Part shown: positions 12,721 through 25,012 of the stretch, piece after piece
How positions within the stretch are numbered: the first letter of the stretch is position 1
How the letters are laid out: the number at the start of each line of letters is the position of its first letter
Source: Squalus acanthias
Lineage: Eukaryota
NCBI GenBank assembly: GCA_030390025.1
Contig: CM059432.1
Span: 10,354,001 to 10,418,000 of the forward strand
Length of the DNA: 64,000 nt
Direction: 5' to 3'
Notes under the pieces: model-generated
The model's database searches: none
The model's input: the letters and a program-made list of their open reading frames with translations, nothing else
Told to the model about the DNA's origin: nothing
Position numbers and translations under genes: made by a program

Positions 12721-13159
12721 GGCATGATGCCGGCAACCCTTTGCTACCTCACGGCGAGTTAGGGGACAAAAAAGGAGTGTTGGTGAGTTATTGCACCATG
12801 GGGATCATCACAGGCAGCCCTCAGCCAAGATCCACACATGCACACTTTTCAGCACAGATCACTGCAAAGCTGAATTGGGAGCGGATTTTTCCCTTTGCTA
12901 GTCTGGGGGGATCTGTCATCAATTATAACTCTCCGTCTACCGTCCAAGCTCAGATCAGCTGACTTGGCACAGTCGTAGGATCTCCAATAATGTGAATCCA
13001 ACGCCCAATTTATCACAGGTTTTTTTTTGAAGATCTGATTGTATAGATAAAGGAACTGCAGTAGATGTAATATATATGGATTTTTTTTTTTAGAATGTGT
13101 TTAATAACATGTCTCACAGAAGGCTTGTTCTAAAAATTCAGATGCATGGCTTTAGAGAA

Positions 13160-13412
13160 AACGATTTTAACCCTACTCGCTCAGCAGTAACCTGGCGGGT
13201 GGGCAGTTAAAATCTTCCTGGCTCTTACCTGCCCAAAAGCCGTCATGATCGCAATTTTAACCTGCTCTCCTGAGCAGGCAGTAAGGACACGCGCCCGGAG
13301 TCAACAGGGTCCTTCTTTACATATGCATGTGTCGGCCCGATGACATCATTGAGACCCGACTGTAATTTTAACTCAGGCCTGAGCGGGGAATCCTCCTGGA
13401 GTTAAAATTCGG
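13160..13412. mobile_element. Short MITE (same family as 17231-17808, opposite orientation)
   Basis: GATTTTAAC / GTTAAAAT repeats at both ends and shared internal sequence. Confidence 0.6.
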
Positions 13413-13599
13413 TGTTCTTTTTATTTATGTACTAGCATATCTCCCATGCCATTGTTCATGGGGATTCAGAGGTTATGCAGTTTCATGTAAGGCGCAGGAC
13501 CGTGGAGCTAGAGGAGGGTTGCACATCTCCAGTGAAAGGATTTGAAAAGAAGTTTGTGAGGGAACTCTCCAGAGGCGGTCAAGAAAAGGTTTTTTGCTT

Positions 13600-14255
13600 A
13601 GAATCATAGAACCATACAGCACAGAAAGAGGCCTTTTGGCCCATCATGCCTGTGCCAGCTCTTTGAAGGCAATATCCAATTAGTCCCACTCCCCCGCTCT
13701 TTTTTCATGGTTGGCAGATAGGAAGCTAAGGGTTCGGGTTAGTAGGTGTTACTCAGATTGGGGAAGGGTTAGAAGTGATGGCGGGCGCGATTTGAAGCAG
13801 AGAACTGTGAGGTAATACATTTTGGGAGGAAAAACAAGGAATGGGAATATCAACTCGATGAGAGATCCTGAAGGGGGTGAAGGAACTCACATTGCGAGGG
13901 GCGCCGGCGCAAATACACATTTCCCTGAAAGGGTGAATGCGGTTAGATAGTGCCACAAAAAGGCCAATAGCATGGCATTATAAATAGGGCACAGACTACA
14001 AGAGCAAGGAGGTTATGATAAATTTGTACAAAGCAATGGTTAGGCTGCGGTTGGAGTACTATGTGCAGTTTTGGGAACCCCCAATATAGATAGGATATTC
14101 AAGTCAATGAGAGTGTACAGCATAGATTCAACAGAATGATACCAGGGATGAGAAATTATAGTTGTGAAGAGACACATGAGATAATGGGACTATTTCCACT
14201 GGAGCAGAGATGGTTACAAGAATATTTATTAATAGAGCTTTTTAAAACCATGAAG
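13600..14255. mobile_element. CR1 fragments (minus-strand tail, then degenerate plus-strand ORF2 pieces)
   Basis: CR1 3' UTR on the minus strand; LEYYVQFW and MIPGMR motifs on the plus strand. Confidence 0.7.
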
Positions 14256-14257
14256 TG

Positions 14258-15040
14258 GAGACCTCCCCAGCTCTTCTTCGAAATAGTGCCATGGCATCTT
14301 TTCTGTCCACCTGGGAGAGCAGACGGGGCCTCGGTTCAGCGTCTCAGCTGAAAGACGGCACCTCCGACAGTGCAGCACTCCCTCAGCACTGCACTGGGAG
14401 TGTCAGCCTAGATTATGGGCTCAAGTCTCTGGAGTGGGGCTTGAACCCATAGGCCTTTGACTCAGAGACGAGAGTGCTAGCCACTGAGCCCTGGAAGTGG
14501 CGGGCATATGTGGCTCATGAATAATACCCCAAACCAAATTAAAATCCAATAATGAACGATTTTGAATGAAAGAAAAAAGAAAGACTCGCATTCCTATAGC
14601 GTCTTTCACAACCTCAGGACGTCCCAAAGCACTTTACAGCCAATGAAGTACTTTTTGAAGTGTAGTCACTGTTGTAATGTAGGAAACGGGGCAGCCAATT
14701 CTGCGCACAGCAAGCTCCCACAAACAGCAATGTGATAATCACCTGATAATCTGCTTTTTTAATGATGTTGATGGAGGGATAAATATTGTCCAGGACACCA
14801 GGGATAACTCCCCTGCTCCTTTTCAAAATAGTGGCCATGGGATCTTTTACGTCCACCTGAGAGAGCAGTCGGGGCCTCGGTTTAATGTCTCATCCGAAAG
14901 ACGGCACCTCCGACAGTGCAGCGCTCTCTCAGCACTGGGAGTGTCAGCCTAGATTTTTATGCTCAAGCCTCTGGAGTGGGACTTAAACCCACAGCCTTCT
15001 GTGTGGCGAGAGAGCTACCCACTGAGCCACAGCTGACACT
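14258..15040 (-). mobile_element. Two Deu-domain SINEs (one partial, one full length)
   Basis: Reverse-complement matches to the SINE family, including tRNA-like heads. Confidence 0.85.
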
Positions 15041-15684
15041 GTGTCACAATAAGCTGAGATTTTCTGCTGAAACTCAACTGTGAAATGGTCGACTGTATGT
15101 TCATTGCTAAAACCCCACTGAAGGACGAAATATTGCCAATGCAGTCTGGTGGATTCCTTTAGTGACGAAGTAATCACTTTAGTTTCCCAAAAGCCAGTTT
15201 GCATCTGTGTCTCTGATAGACAATCTAATGCACTGATACTAAGGTGTATTCTCTCAGGGAAGGTGTTCGGATGGATCAGTCCTGGAGTGTGAAAGAAGAT
15301 TTATTGCTTTTAATGGAAGACCTTTAAAATCAAACTATGTATAGTGCTGTCTGGTCATGACTGGAACAGGTCATAAAATGGCTTGGGTGCCAATGCTCTT
15401 GAGATGCCTCATTTCATCCCTGACTTAATAACGGTGACTATTAGCACTTTTAAATCATTATTGTCTACAGGTGATTCATGACCCAGACTGGTATAGAGAC
15501 AAGCAAGTGCTGCCATTGTCGAACAGATTTATGAACCAGACCAGTTGCAGCATGTGACTGTGAAATGAAATCTGCTCTGGGTGTTTTTTTACCTATAGAA
15601 AAGGACGTTTGATTCACAATGCATTATATCATTTTAATCATATTACCAAAATGGTGGCGATAGTATCATTGCAATTTGGGCGGA

Positions 15685-16025
15685 GGGCTGCGATATGGAA
15701 AAATCTGCACCCTTACCTGAGGGCTCCCGGGAGGCGCAGAGTTCCGTTGCTGGGCCTCATCAAACTCCAAGTGCGCAGGGTCCACGTATCCCAGAGGCAC
15801 AGGCGGTTCGCAGTGTCCCTGGGAACACGTGGGCCCTGGGGAGCCAATCACAGAAGGGAATCTCCCTTCATACATTTGACAGGAAGACCTATAAAATATA
15901 TGAATGGAGATCACCCCAAAAACATAGTAAAACTTTAAATACATTTTTTTTTAAATCACATTTTTAAAATGACTTGAAATTACAATAAATTAAGTATTTT
16001 AAACAAAAATTTAATTTTTTGGTTT
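15685..16025. mobile_element. Left part of a MITE (family C, as 27281-28751)
   Basis: CTTACCTGAGGGCTCCC...CACGTGGGCC..GGGAGCCAATCA..GAAGGGAATCTCCCTTCATACA is shared with 27.3 kb. Confidence 0.7.
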
Positions 16026-16034
16026 TCAGCGCAT

Positions 16035-16650
16035 GGTCTGGGGAGGTCTCGATTGTGGGATCTGATGGTGGTCTGGGGGGGGCTCCCGATTGTGGGATCT
16101 GATGGTGGTCTGGGGGGGTCCCAATTGTGGGGTCTGATGGGGGTTTGGGGGGGTCCTGATTGTTGGCTTTGATGGTGGTCTGGGGGGGTCCCGATTGTGG
16201 GGTCTGATGGTAGTCTGGGGGGGGGGGTCCCGATTGTGGGGTCTGATGGGGGTCTGGGGGGGTCCCGATTGTGGGGTCTGATGGGGGTCTGGGGGGGTCC
16301 CGATTGTGGGGTCTGATGGTAGTCTGGGGGTGTCCCGATTGTGGGGTCTGATGGTGGTCTGGGGGGTTCCCGATTGTGGGGTCTGATGGTGGTCTGGGGG
16401 GGTCCCGATTGTGGGGTCTGATGGCGGTCTGGGGGGGGGGTCCCGATTGTGGGGTCTGATGGTGGTCTGGGGGGGTCCCGATTGTGGGGTCTGATGGGGG
16501 TCTGGGGGGGTCCCGATTGTGGGGTCTGATGGTGGTCTGGGGGGGGGGGGTCCCGATTGTGGGGTCTGATGGTGGTCTGGGGGGTGGGGGTCCCGATTGC
16601 GGGGCATGCTCTGATGGTGATCTGGGGGGGTCCGATGGTGGTCGGGGGGG
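16035..16650. repeat. G-rich minisatellite, about 35-bp unit, about 16 copies
   Basis: Unit GGGGGGGTCCCGATTGTGGGGTCTGATGGTGGTCT with variable G-run length. Confidence 0.95.
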
Positions 16651-17230
16651 GAGAGTAGACAGATCGTGGGGGTGGGGGGTGTTTAACTTGCTAGCTTGTT
16701 GGGCCTGGAGGAAACACTCCTGCTCCTCCTGGCCCACAAGCAGTGCTGTAAAGGCACTTACCTCATGGATTCAGCCCTTCTCTCCTCCTTTCAGCTGCCG
16801 AGTTTCCCAAAGCTCGGGAAACCCGGCCGCCTGTAGTTAAAGATAGAAGCACTGTTAAAATGAAGGCAGGCAGCCTCATTATAATATTTAAATGACCAAG
16901 CTGCTTCCTGCAAGCGAATTGGTCGCCCATCCCTCATCCCACCTCCGTTAAAACCAGGAGTGAGCGGGTTCGGTTCCTGTTTCAGATTTTTTACATATTA
17001 ACCTCAACTTTTTGGGAGTTAAGATTCATTACTCCCAGCCTACTGAGGATGTGTTAACTGAGGGTTAAAATATTTGCCTGTTTTTTTTAATGCTCTATCA
17101 TGATAACCAGATTTAATTCTCTACGCATTCTGTCGGATGGGGTGCATTGCATTGAGAACTCACCTGAGGAGCCAATCAGAAAGCACTTACAATAAAACAA
17201 AATGCTTAATACTGTGGATGCTGGGTATTT

Positions 17231-17808
17231 GGCCCTGATTTTAACTCCAGGTGGATTCCCCGCTCAGGCCTGAGTTAAAATTACAGTCGGGTCTCAATGA
17301 TGTCATCGGGTTGCAACATGCCATCCTGCCTCCATCCTGCTTATGTCGGCTTTGTCCCTCCATGGGACCCCTGACTTTGACTCTGGTCTCCCGACTGGAA
17401 TCTCCAACCTATTCCCTGCTACTACCGTGTCAATTGCAGATAAGGCCATCTCTGACTACTTCCTCGTATCGCTCTCCACCCACATCCCCCTTTCCCCCTC
17501 CCCGCCCCCCCACCTCCCCCCCCACACCCCCCAACCCTACTTCCTTCTGTGTCCGCCCCTGGAGAAAAACTCTCTCCCAACTCTCTTACAACTGCACTTA
17601 TGTCCAGCCTTCGGCCTTCCATTCACCATGACATTTCTGCAGCTACCGATCTGCTCAACCACACACTCACCACCACCTTTGAAGCCCTAGTCCCTATTAA
17701 ATTTGCAGATGTTGCGATCATGGCGGCTTTCCGACAGGTAAGAGCCAGGGCGATTTTAACTGCCCGCCCGCCGGGTTTCTGCTGAGCCAGTAGGGTTAAA
17801 ATCGCCCC
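17231..17808. mobile_element. MITE containing an L2-like fragment (about 17330-17695)
   Basis: Ends GGCCCTGATTTTAAC / GTTAAAATCGCCC; the insert encodes IADKAISDYFLVS, an endonuclease-end SDH-like motif. Confidence 0.6.
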
Positions 17809-17961
17809 AGAAAATGCTGGAAACACTCGGCAGCTCAGGCAACATCTGTGGAGAGAGGTAGGTAGGGTTAACATTTCCGTTAAAGCTACCTTCCTCTCTC
17901 CACAGATACCGCCTGATCTGCTGAGTGTTTCCAGCATTTTTTCTTTTTATTAGCACTTATT

Positions 17962-18673
17962 GGGCTAAAAATTGAGTAGCGCTCCCTTTGGAGCGGTAAC
18001 TTCGCCCTGGAAAAATTAGCGCCCCCGCGACGGAAATTGAGTGGTAGCGCCTCAAGAGGGAAGTGGAGCGCTACTGGAAGCGCCCCGCTACCCTCTTGGG
18101 GCGCTGCGAGGGAATATCGCGGCGCGACGTGCCGCGGTAATGCAGGCCTTCCTCCCCTTCTTAAAGGGGAGGGGCCTTGCGCAGCGCGACCCTGGGCCCC
18201 CGGGGATCGGGAGTGCCGGCAAAAGAGCCCGGCACTCAAGAGAAGTGCCGGGCTCATGGAACACAGCCGGCACACCGCGGGGGAGCGGGTAAGGAGGCCG
18301 GGGACGGGAGCGGAGGCAGATGCCGGCAGGCGGCCAGCAACAAAAATGGCCGCCCCGCACCTCGCCTTTAAATAGCGCCTCCCTGGCCGCAGGTAGGCCC
18401 CCCTGACCCCGTCGGACATAGCGTCCGGCGGTAAGTCAGGGGGCGCTCCTGAAGATCGTGGTCGGGGCACGAGCGTGGCGCTGCGCATGGCGATGACGTC
18501 ATCGCCGGCAGCGCAGCGCCGCGGGGCACTAACGGTTAGCGCCGCCACTAACCTCCCGCTGAATTTCGCAGGAGGTGTTGGCGGCGCTGCGCCCGGGCGC
18601 TAGTTGCTTTGCGCCCCGTTAGCGCCCTCTTAGGGTGCTAATGGGAGGCGCAAAGCAACCCAATTTTTCTCCC
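17962..18673. mobile_element. GC-rich Harbinger-type MITE
   Basis: TIRs GGGCTAAAAATTG / CAATTTTTCTCCC; TSD ATT; right end shares the TTAGCGCC..GGTGCTAATGGGAGGCGCAA block with the autonomous element. Confidence 0.85.
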
Positions 18674-18813
18674 ATTATTTTTATTAGCATGTCCTGGCCA
18701 ATATTTATCCCTCAACCAACATAACAAAAACAGATTATCTGGTCATTATCACATTGCTGTTTGTGGGACCTTGCTGTGCGCAAATTGGCTGCTGCCGCGT
18801 TTCCTACATTACA

Positions 18814-19178
18814 AAGTCTAACGAATATCCTCCCCCCTTAAACTCGTTTCTTAGGCTAGACCACTTTTGTTCCCATATTTTTCCGAAGGTGGATAGGGCG
18901 GTATCTTTCTGTTTCGTATGATTTTTATTAATTATCCATTCTGCCATATCTGTGAGGTTCAAGGGTATTGGTCGCAGAGGTATTCCTCTTTTCATATGGG
19001 TAGGAATATGGCTACATACCCAACAGGCATTTATCCCACTTTTTTTGGCATACTTATATGACATATACAAAGAGGTGTTCATATGTAATTCTCGTTTCTT
19101 TCGGGGTTCTTTTCCTCTCCCTTGGCAGGCTATACATATCAGTCCGATTAGTAGGTAAAACGTAAATAACAGCTTCAT
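18814..19178 (-). pseudogene. env: Retroviral env N-terminus (truncated)
   Basis: Hydrophobic signal peptide, RKKR and a CWVC (CXXC) motif, starting directly after the pol stop. Confidence 0.8.
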
Positions 19179-19199
19179 TGTTTAAGTCTTTTCAAATTC

Positions 19200-19957
19200 A
19201 AATTCAACTGTCCTTATCTGATACTTTCTTGCAATGGGATGCGTGGATCCAAGTAGGTCTTTCCTTGACCTTTACAGCTGTATTTGTTGTCAAGAGTACT
19301 TGATATGGCCCTTCAAAGCGTGGCTGCAGACCGTTCTTCCTCTTAAAGACCTTTACGTAGACGTCATCTCCTGGTTCCAAGTTATGGCACTTTCCTTCAG
19401 CCGGTTCCGTTTGAGCTTCCTTTACCTGTTGGTGAAAGCTGGAAATACATCTAGTTAATGCAATAGTTTAGCATACTTTCATCCATTTTATGAATGTCCA
19501 TTTGTTTAACCGTAAAGGGTGCTGAGAATGGCAGCCTTTGGGGTCGTCCCATAACAATCTCATGTGGCGACAGTCCAGTTGTCCTGTTAGTTGCTGCTCG
19601 CATTACCATCAATACTAAGGGTAACAGTTCAACCCATTTTAGTCCAGTTTCATTGCAAAGTTTAGAAAGTTTATTCTTCAGCATTCCGTTATATCTTTCT
19701 ACTAATCCCGCGGATTGCGGATGATAACTGCAGTGGAAATGCTGATTAATCTGCAAAGCCTTACATAGTTCCTTTATGATCATTCCAGTAAAATGTGATC
19801 CGTTGTCGCATGAAAGTTGCATAGGTATTCCAAATCTTGGTATGATTTCTTTTAACAAACACTTTGCAACTGTTACAGCATCATTCTTTTTACATGGAAA
19901 AGCTTCAACCCATCTTGAAAACATATCTATGATTACCAACACGTATAAGTCCTTCAA
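19200..19957 (-). pseudogene. pol: Gamma/epsilon-like retroviral integrase (core and C-terminus, one frameshift)
   Basis: IIDMFSRWVEAFP, IIPRFGIP..SCDNGSHF, YHPQSAGLVERYN; a second frame gives [12 protein letters not shown]...WIHASHCKK. Confidence 0.92.
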
Positions 19958-22164
19958 AATTTAATTTTTTTAAAACTTTTTTTCTCTGTCTATTACCCCC
20001 CACCCTGTGTTGTTTTGCAGTTTATTATTCTCTTATCACTTCTATTTGTCTTTTGATGCTTGATATTCGACCTTGCTGGCATTTCTGCTATCTGTTCCTG
20101 GCTGCATGTTGTCAGTCTCTGTTCTAAGAATTAAAACCCATCTTTGAATCTAACAGCTATTTCTTACAATTCCCTTCTTTGAGAAGGAAATAACCCTTAT
20201 TGACTTCTCACAATCGGCTCTTGACTAATCTAGCTGGTTCTTATTGCTCTCTCTCAACTTGGGCATTAGTTAGTAGGGAGTCTTGAAGATTTCTCCCTTC
20301 TAATAGTCCATTCCGGTGTTCCAATTCTGCCCCGCCTGGGGTATCCTCTGTTTCTTCTATCTTCCTGATGTTATCCCGCCTGGGGTGTCCTCTAGACATG
20401 TAATTCTTCTTTTCTTAGTAAAGTTTTAATTATACTAGGCACTCTTCTTCTTCTAAATCCCAAGTTTTACCCTTTACCCCCTTACGATTATTTCTGACCA
20501 TCCAATTATATTACAAGATGATAACAAGAACTAACAACAATCAAGACAATTATAAGTAATGCAAAAAAAAACCAAATAGGCAAACAAATCAAATAATTAA
20601 ACATTTAACCTTATACTTTAAACTAAACAAATAGTCAATTCTCAGTTTTGCATTGTTCTTCATTACAAACTGAGTCCTTAACATTTAACTTATACTCTAT
20701 ACTCTGCCGTGAGATTCTCAATAGTCATTTACTGATTTTGTGATAGTCAATTTTCAGTTATTCTTCTTTTCCTCACGGCTCAAGGGTCCCACCCTTGATA
20801 CTGCAGTTTTATCTCCTGGTACCTTTTATCTCCTGGTACCTTTTATCTCCTGGTACCTTTAATCTCCTGGTAGCTTTTATCCTGCAGCTTTCGCTGCTCA
20901 AGGGCAAGGGACCCACCCTTGAGACTGCAGTTTTAATCCGGGATACAACCCTGTCGACTTTTTCCCTTGCCTTCTTTGCCCAACAGTTTTTTTTAAATTT
21001 CCTTCCCTTTTTTTTTTCCAATTTACTGATTTTTTTTTTCCAATTTGTCTAAATCAAAAGCTACAAGATTCAACTCAAATCTAAACAAAAGTCTTAACAA
21101 TCGCAGTGTACCTGTCGGAAGAAACAGACATACATCATTCAGGATCTAATGAGAAATCCCTTTTTTTTTGTGATAAAAAATCACTGTGGCCATAGGATTT
21201 GTCACTAGAAATTCATGATGCCTTGTCCGTGACTTACCGAAAGATAGCAAGCGATCTCGGTGGAACCTCCAAGAAACTGTCGAAGTTTGACTTCCGATTA
21301 AAGACTCTTGTAAACAATATCGTCAAAGAAGGCTTTTTATTATATTTTACTTGCAAGGAGACTGCAACCATAGCCCAATTAGCTATGATGACAGACTGCC
21401 GAATCACAGAAAATGGAGTATTCTTATACAGTATAATATCACATGACATGTTGTTTAAGGTAAGCTAAGTTAACAATTAGAAAAAACACATTAGAAATGC
21501 CTTACAATGAGACTAGCTAATCTCTATAAAATGGAGTCTATCTATTTTACTTCTCGCACCAAGGCCAAGGCGACTGGTGTGTTTACTTTACTAGCCCTTG
21601 GTTATCTCAATATTAAGCCTGTTTTCTTTTGTGCAGGCAGTCTTTTGCTGACAGCATAGTCTAAGAATTTAAAGTTATTTTCAGAAAAGAACATAACAAT
21701 GGATTTTTTTCCTTTTCCACACAAGTCAGAGTCGGCCATTTTATTAGTTTAAATTCAAGGACACCATTTTGTCCGAGACAAAAACTGCACTTCCACAACT
21801 TCAAAAAGTACTTCATTGGCTGTAAAGCGCTTTGGGTGGTCGTGAAAGGCGCTATAAAAATGCAAGTCTTTCTTTCTTACAATATTGCCGGTGAGTCACT
21901 GGTTGAGCTGCTAATGAGGCATTTAATGAGCTGAATTCTTCAATACCTCGCTAGTGCAGCACAAGACTGCTGTGCCACTAGAGCTTTTTCTTTTTCTGAT
22001 TGTCTGTGGGGATGTAACCAGAGGCCCTGCATTTGCTCTGCCCCTTAAAGGCAACTCCTCTGCTTTGTACAAGTAGGTTCAAATGATTGTTGAGAGAGGG
22101 AGGTAAGGTTAATGGTTCAGATCGATGATCTTTCGGGCAAACCCTTTAATCCATGTGAAATCCA

Positions 22165-22460
22165 CACTTCTTTCAGCCTTAACCTGTCACATTAACACCA
22201 CCTCTTGCCTTGAATATCTCTTAATGTCTCTTAATGTCTCTTAATCTCTCCTTTTGTTATTTCATCCTCTCCCCCTTTTCCCAGCTTTATCCTTGCCTTA
22301 AATCTATTTGATTTCCGGCTGTTTCCAGTTCTGACGAAAGGTCATCGACCTGAAACGTTAACTCTGTTTCTCTCTCCACGGATGCTGCCTCGCCTGCTGA
22401 GTTTTTCCAGCGTTTTCTGTTGTTATTTCGGATTTCCAGCATCTGCAGTATTTTGCTAAT
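22165..22460 (+). mobile_element. Penelope-like tail
   Basis: Matches 560-790 and 1631-1726. Confidence 0.75.
22327..22363 (+). ncRNA. Minimal type I hammerhead ribozyme motif
   Basis: AGTT-CTGACGA-a-AGGTC atc GACCT-GAAA-C GTT-AACT: conserved CUGANGA and GAAA cores, stem II, short stem I and palindromic stem III. Confidence 0.7.
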
Positions 22461-22593
22461 GTACTTGAAGGGGACTGATTTGCAGGGTTATGAGGGAGAA
22501 AACTTGGGAGTGGGACTAATTGGATCGCTCTCTCAAAGAGCCGACACAGGCACAATGGTCCGAATAGCCTCCTTCTATGCTGTAAGATTCTAT

Positions 22594-23477
22594 GGGGGAG
22601 AAATTCAGTATCGCCCCATTTGGGGCGCAATTATCGGCCGGGCGCAAAGATTAGCGCCTGGCGCTAATTATCGCCACCGACTGCAAACTTGATTTTTATC
22701 GCCCCTGGAGGTGATTGGAGCGCTAAATCAAGTGCTTCACACCTGTCTTAAGGCGCAAAGGCCGAGGAGCGAGGCGTTAACTCAGAGCGCTAGCGAAGCT
22801 CATGTGATGTCAGTCAGCAATGGAACACATACACAATGGCACCGGCCAGTCCTTAAAGGGGATGGTTGATCTTGCTTTCCATCCACATCCTGCTCATTGC
22901 AGCCTTGAATCCCGGCCTGGAGAGACCTGCACATCAAATCTGCTGGAAAGAACAATGGAGAGTACCAGCTTAGAGTGCAGCCCCCACAGTCTCTTCTAAA
23001 TCGATACAAGGAATGGCAAATCAAAATGAACCTGCAAAGTGCTGCTCAGTACCCAAAACTCCTTCACACAGCGTTGAATCTCTCCAGAAGTCTCTCTCTC
23101 TCTCTCTCAGAATGCGTGGTTCAAAAATGTCACCAACAATAAAAGGCAGGAAGCGTTCACCTTTAAATAGCGCTCACCCAGTCCCTTCATGACTGCAAAA
23201 CGCTCCCCTCAACCTGTCATTGCTAGCGGCAGGCAGTAAGGCAGGGGCACCACTCAATATCCGCTCCGGGACGATACTGGGGCGTTGAGCACTCGACTGA
23301 CGTCACGATCTGCCGGCGCAGGAGATCGTGGCGGTAGTGTATAGCACTGCCACAAAATGTCTAGTTAATTTCGCGAGCGGCGCAAACATCGCCGCGCCTG
23401 GGCGCTAGATGCTTTGCGCCCCATTAGCGCCCTCTTAAGGCGCTAATGGGAGGCGCAACCAACTGAATTTTTCCCCC
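22594..23477. mobile_element. Non-autonomous Harbinger derivative (family D)
   Basis: TIRs GGGGGAGAAATTCAGT / ACTGAATTTTTCCCCC; TSD TAT; homologous to 47539-48424; inserted in a CR1 tail. Confidence 0.9.
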
Positions 23478-23539
23478 TATGATTCTAGAACTTCTTCAAG
23501 GTGGGCAGTCCTGGAAGAGAAGTGGCAGAGAATTAAACA

Positions 23540-23985
23540 ATAAAACAACAAACAAAATACCGTGGATTCTGGAAATCTAAATCAAAAAACAGAAATCGCT
23601 GGAAATGCTCAGCAGGACAGGTCACATCTGTGGCGAGAGCAAGGTAAGAGTTAAGGTCATCCACCTGAAACGTTAACTCTGTTTCTCTCTCCACAGATGC
23701 TGCCTGACCTGCTGAGTATTTCCAGCATTTGTCCTGGGACCATATTTGTCCCTCAATCAACATCACTAAAACAGATTGCTGTTTGTGGACTTTGCTGTGC
23801 ACAAATTGGCTGCTGCATTTCCTACATTACAACAGCGACTACACTTAAAAAAGTACGTCATTGGCTGGAAAGCGCTTTGGGATGTCCGGTGGCCGTGAAA
23901 GGCGCTATTTAAATGCAAGTCTTTTCTTTACTTTCATTTTCTGTTTTTATTTCAGATTTCCAGCATCCGCAGTATTTTGCTTTCT
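23540..23985. repeat. Inverted pair of Penelope tails, with a partial Deu-SINE (about 23730-23930) in the right arm
   Basis: The left arm is the reverse complement of the Penelope tail and the right arm is the forward tail. Confidence 0.7.
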
Positions 23986-24254
23986 ATTAAAACTATTGTT
24001 TGGCGCTGTTCTCCTCGCTGTCCATCTGATCAAGTGTAGCGCTCCTATATACATGTCGTCAACTCCTGGAACAGGATAGAACTCAGAGGAGCAAATCGCG
24101 TCGCACGCCTCAAGTGGAATCATACATTAGCAGTGGCAAGTTGTGCAGGGTGACACAGAGAAAATGTGCCTCCGAAATGAGGGATGTCTTAAAGAGCACA
24201 TATACATATCGTAAAAATGTCCATTATTTTTTCCAGCCAGTACTGTTCGCTTGA

Positions 24255-24635
24255 ATTATGAAAGATTATGAAAAATTTTGATAGAGTGGATACAGAGAGA
24301 GTGTTTCCACTTGTGGGGAAGAGCATAACTAGAGGCCATCAATATAAGATAGTCACCAAGAAATCCAATAGGGAATTCAGAATGAACTTCTTTACCCAGA
24401 GAGTGGTGAGAATGTGGAACTCGCTACCACAGGGAGTGGTTGAAGTGAACAGTATAGATGCATTTAAGGGGAGGCTAGACAAGCATATGTGGGGAAAGGA
24501 AATAGAGGGTTATGCTGATAGATTTAGATGAGCAAAGACGGGAGGAGGCTGGTGTGGAGCATAAACGCAAGCAGGGTCTGGTTGGGCCAAATAGCCTGTT
24601 TCTGTGCCGTATATCCTGTGGAATGTAATCCTATG
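24255..24635 (+). mobile_element. CR1 LINE 3' end
   Basis: TRGHQYK and FFTQRVVRMWNSLPQ motifs. Confidence 0.9.
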
Positions 24636-25012
24636 AATTGAATGGTTAGTACAAAGAGGATTAATTGCAACAAATGCAACAACAAGGCACATTGATAGAG
24701 CGTCTTTAACATAGGAAAAACAATTATTTTCCGTTGAGGTGAACAGAGAGTAAAACCCTGCGGATTGTATTATGGGTGTCTGCTCCCATCACTTCATTTT
24801 CCCACTGGACGGGTTAAGTTAAAATGCCCCCCCCCCCCCCCCCCCCAGGAGCGTGGGTAGAAGGATGCAAACACTGCATTCATGCTAACACACCAAATTG
24901 CTCAGTCTTAGCAGCGTTCAGCACACACTTTGCCTACACCACACAAAGCCATTTTCTCCCCAAAAACTATCCAATTGGTACCGAGGTAGTTCTGCAATTC
25001 AGCAAAGGCTCT

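Larger units (their letters stand above)
18814..21795 (-). mobile_element. LTR-less endogenous retrovirus fragment lying inside a Deu-SINE
   Basis: Integrase and env remnants plus an upstream non-coding tract, flanked by the two halves of one SINE (18690-18813 and about 21797-21880). Confidence 0.7.

Noticed and set aside
12720..12990. Possible ancient SINE-like or conserved repeat
   Set aside because: Only a vague resemblance from memory; it cannot be supported without a Dfam or Repbase search.
15964..16737. 257-aa proline-rich ORF
   Set aside because: It is only the translation of the minisatellite and is open in several frames.
17886..18548. 220-aa ORF / CpG-island gene promoter
   Set aside because: It lies almost entirely inside a GC-rich MITE with TIRs and a TSD, and has no recognisable domain.
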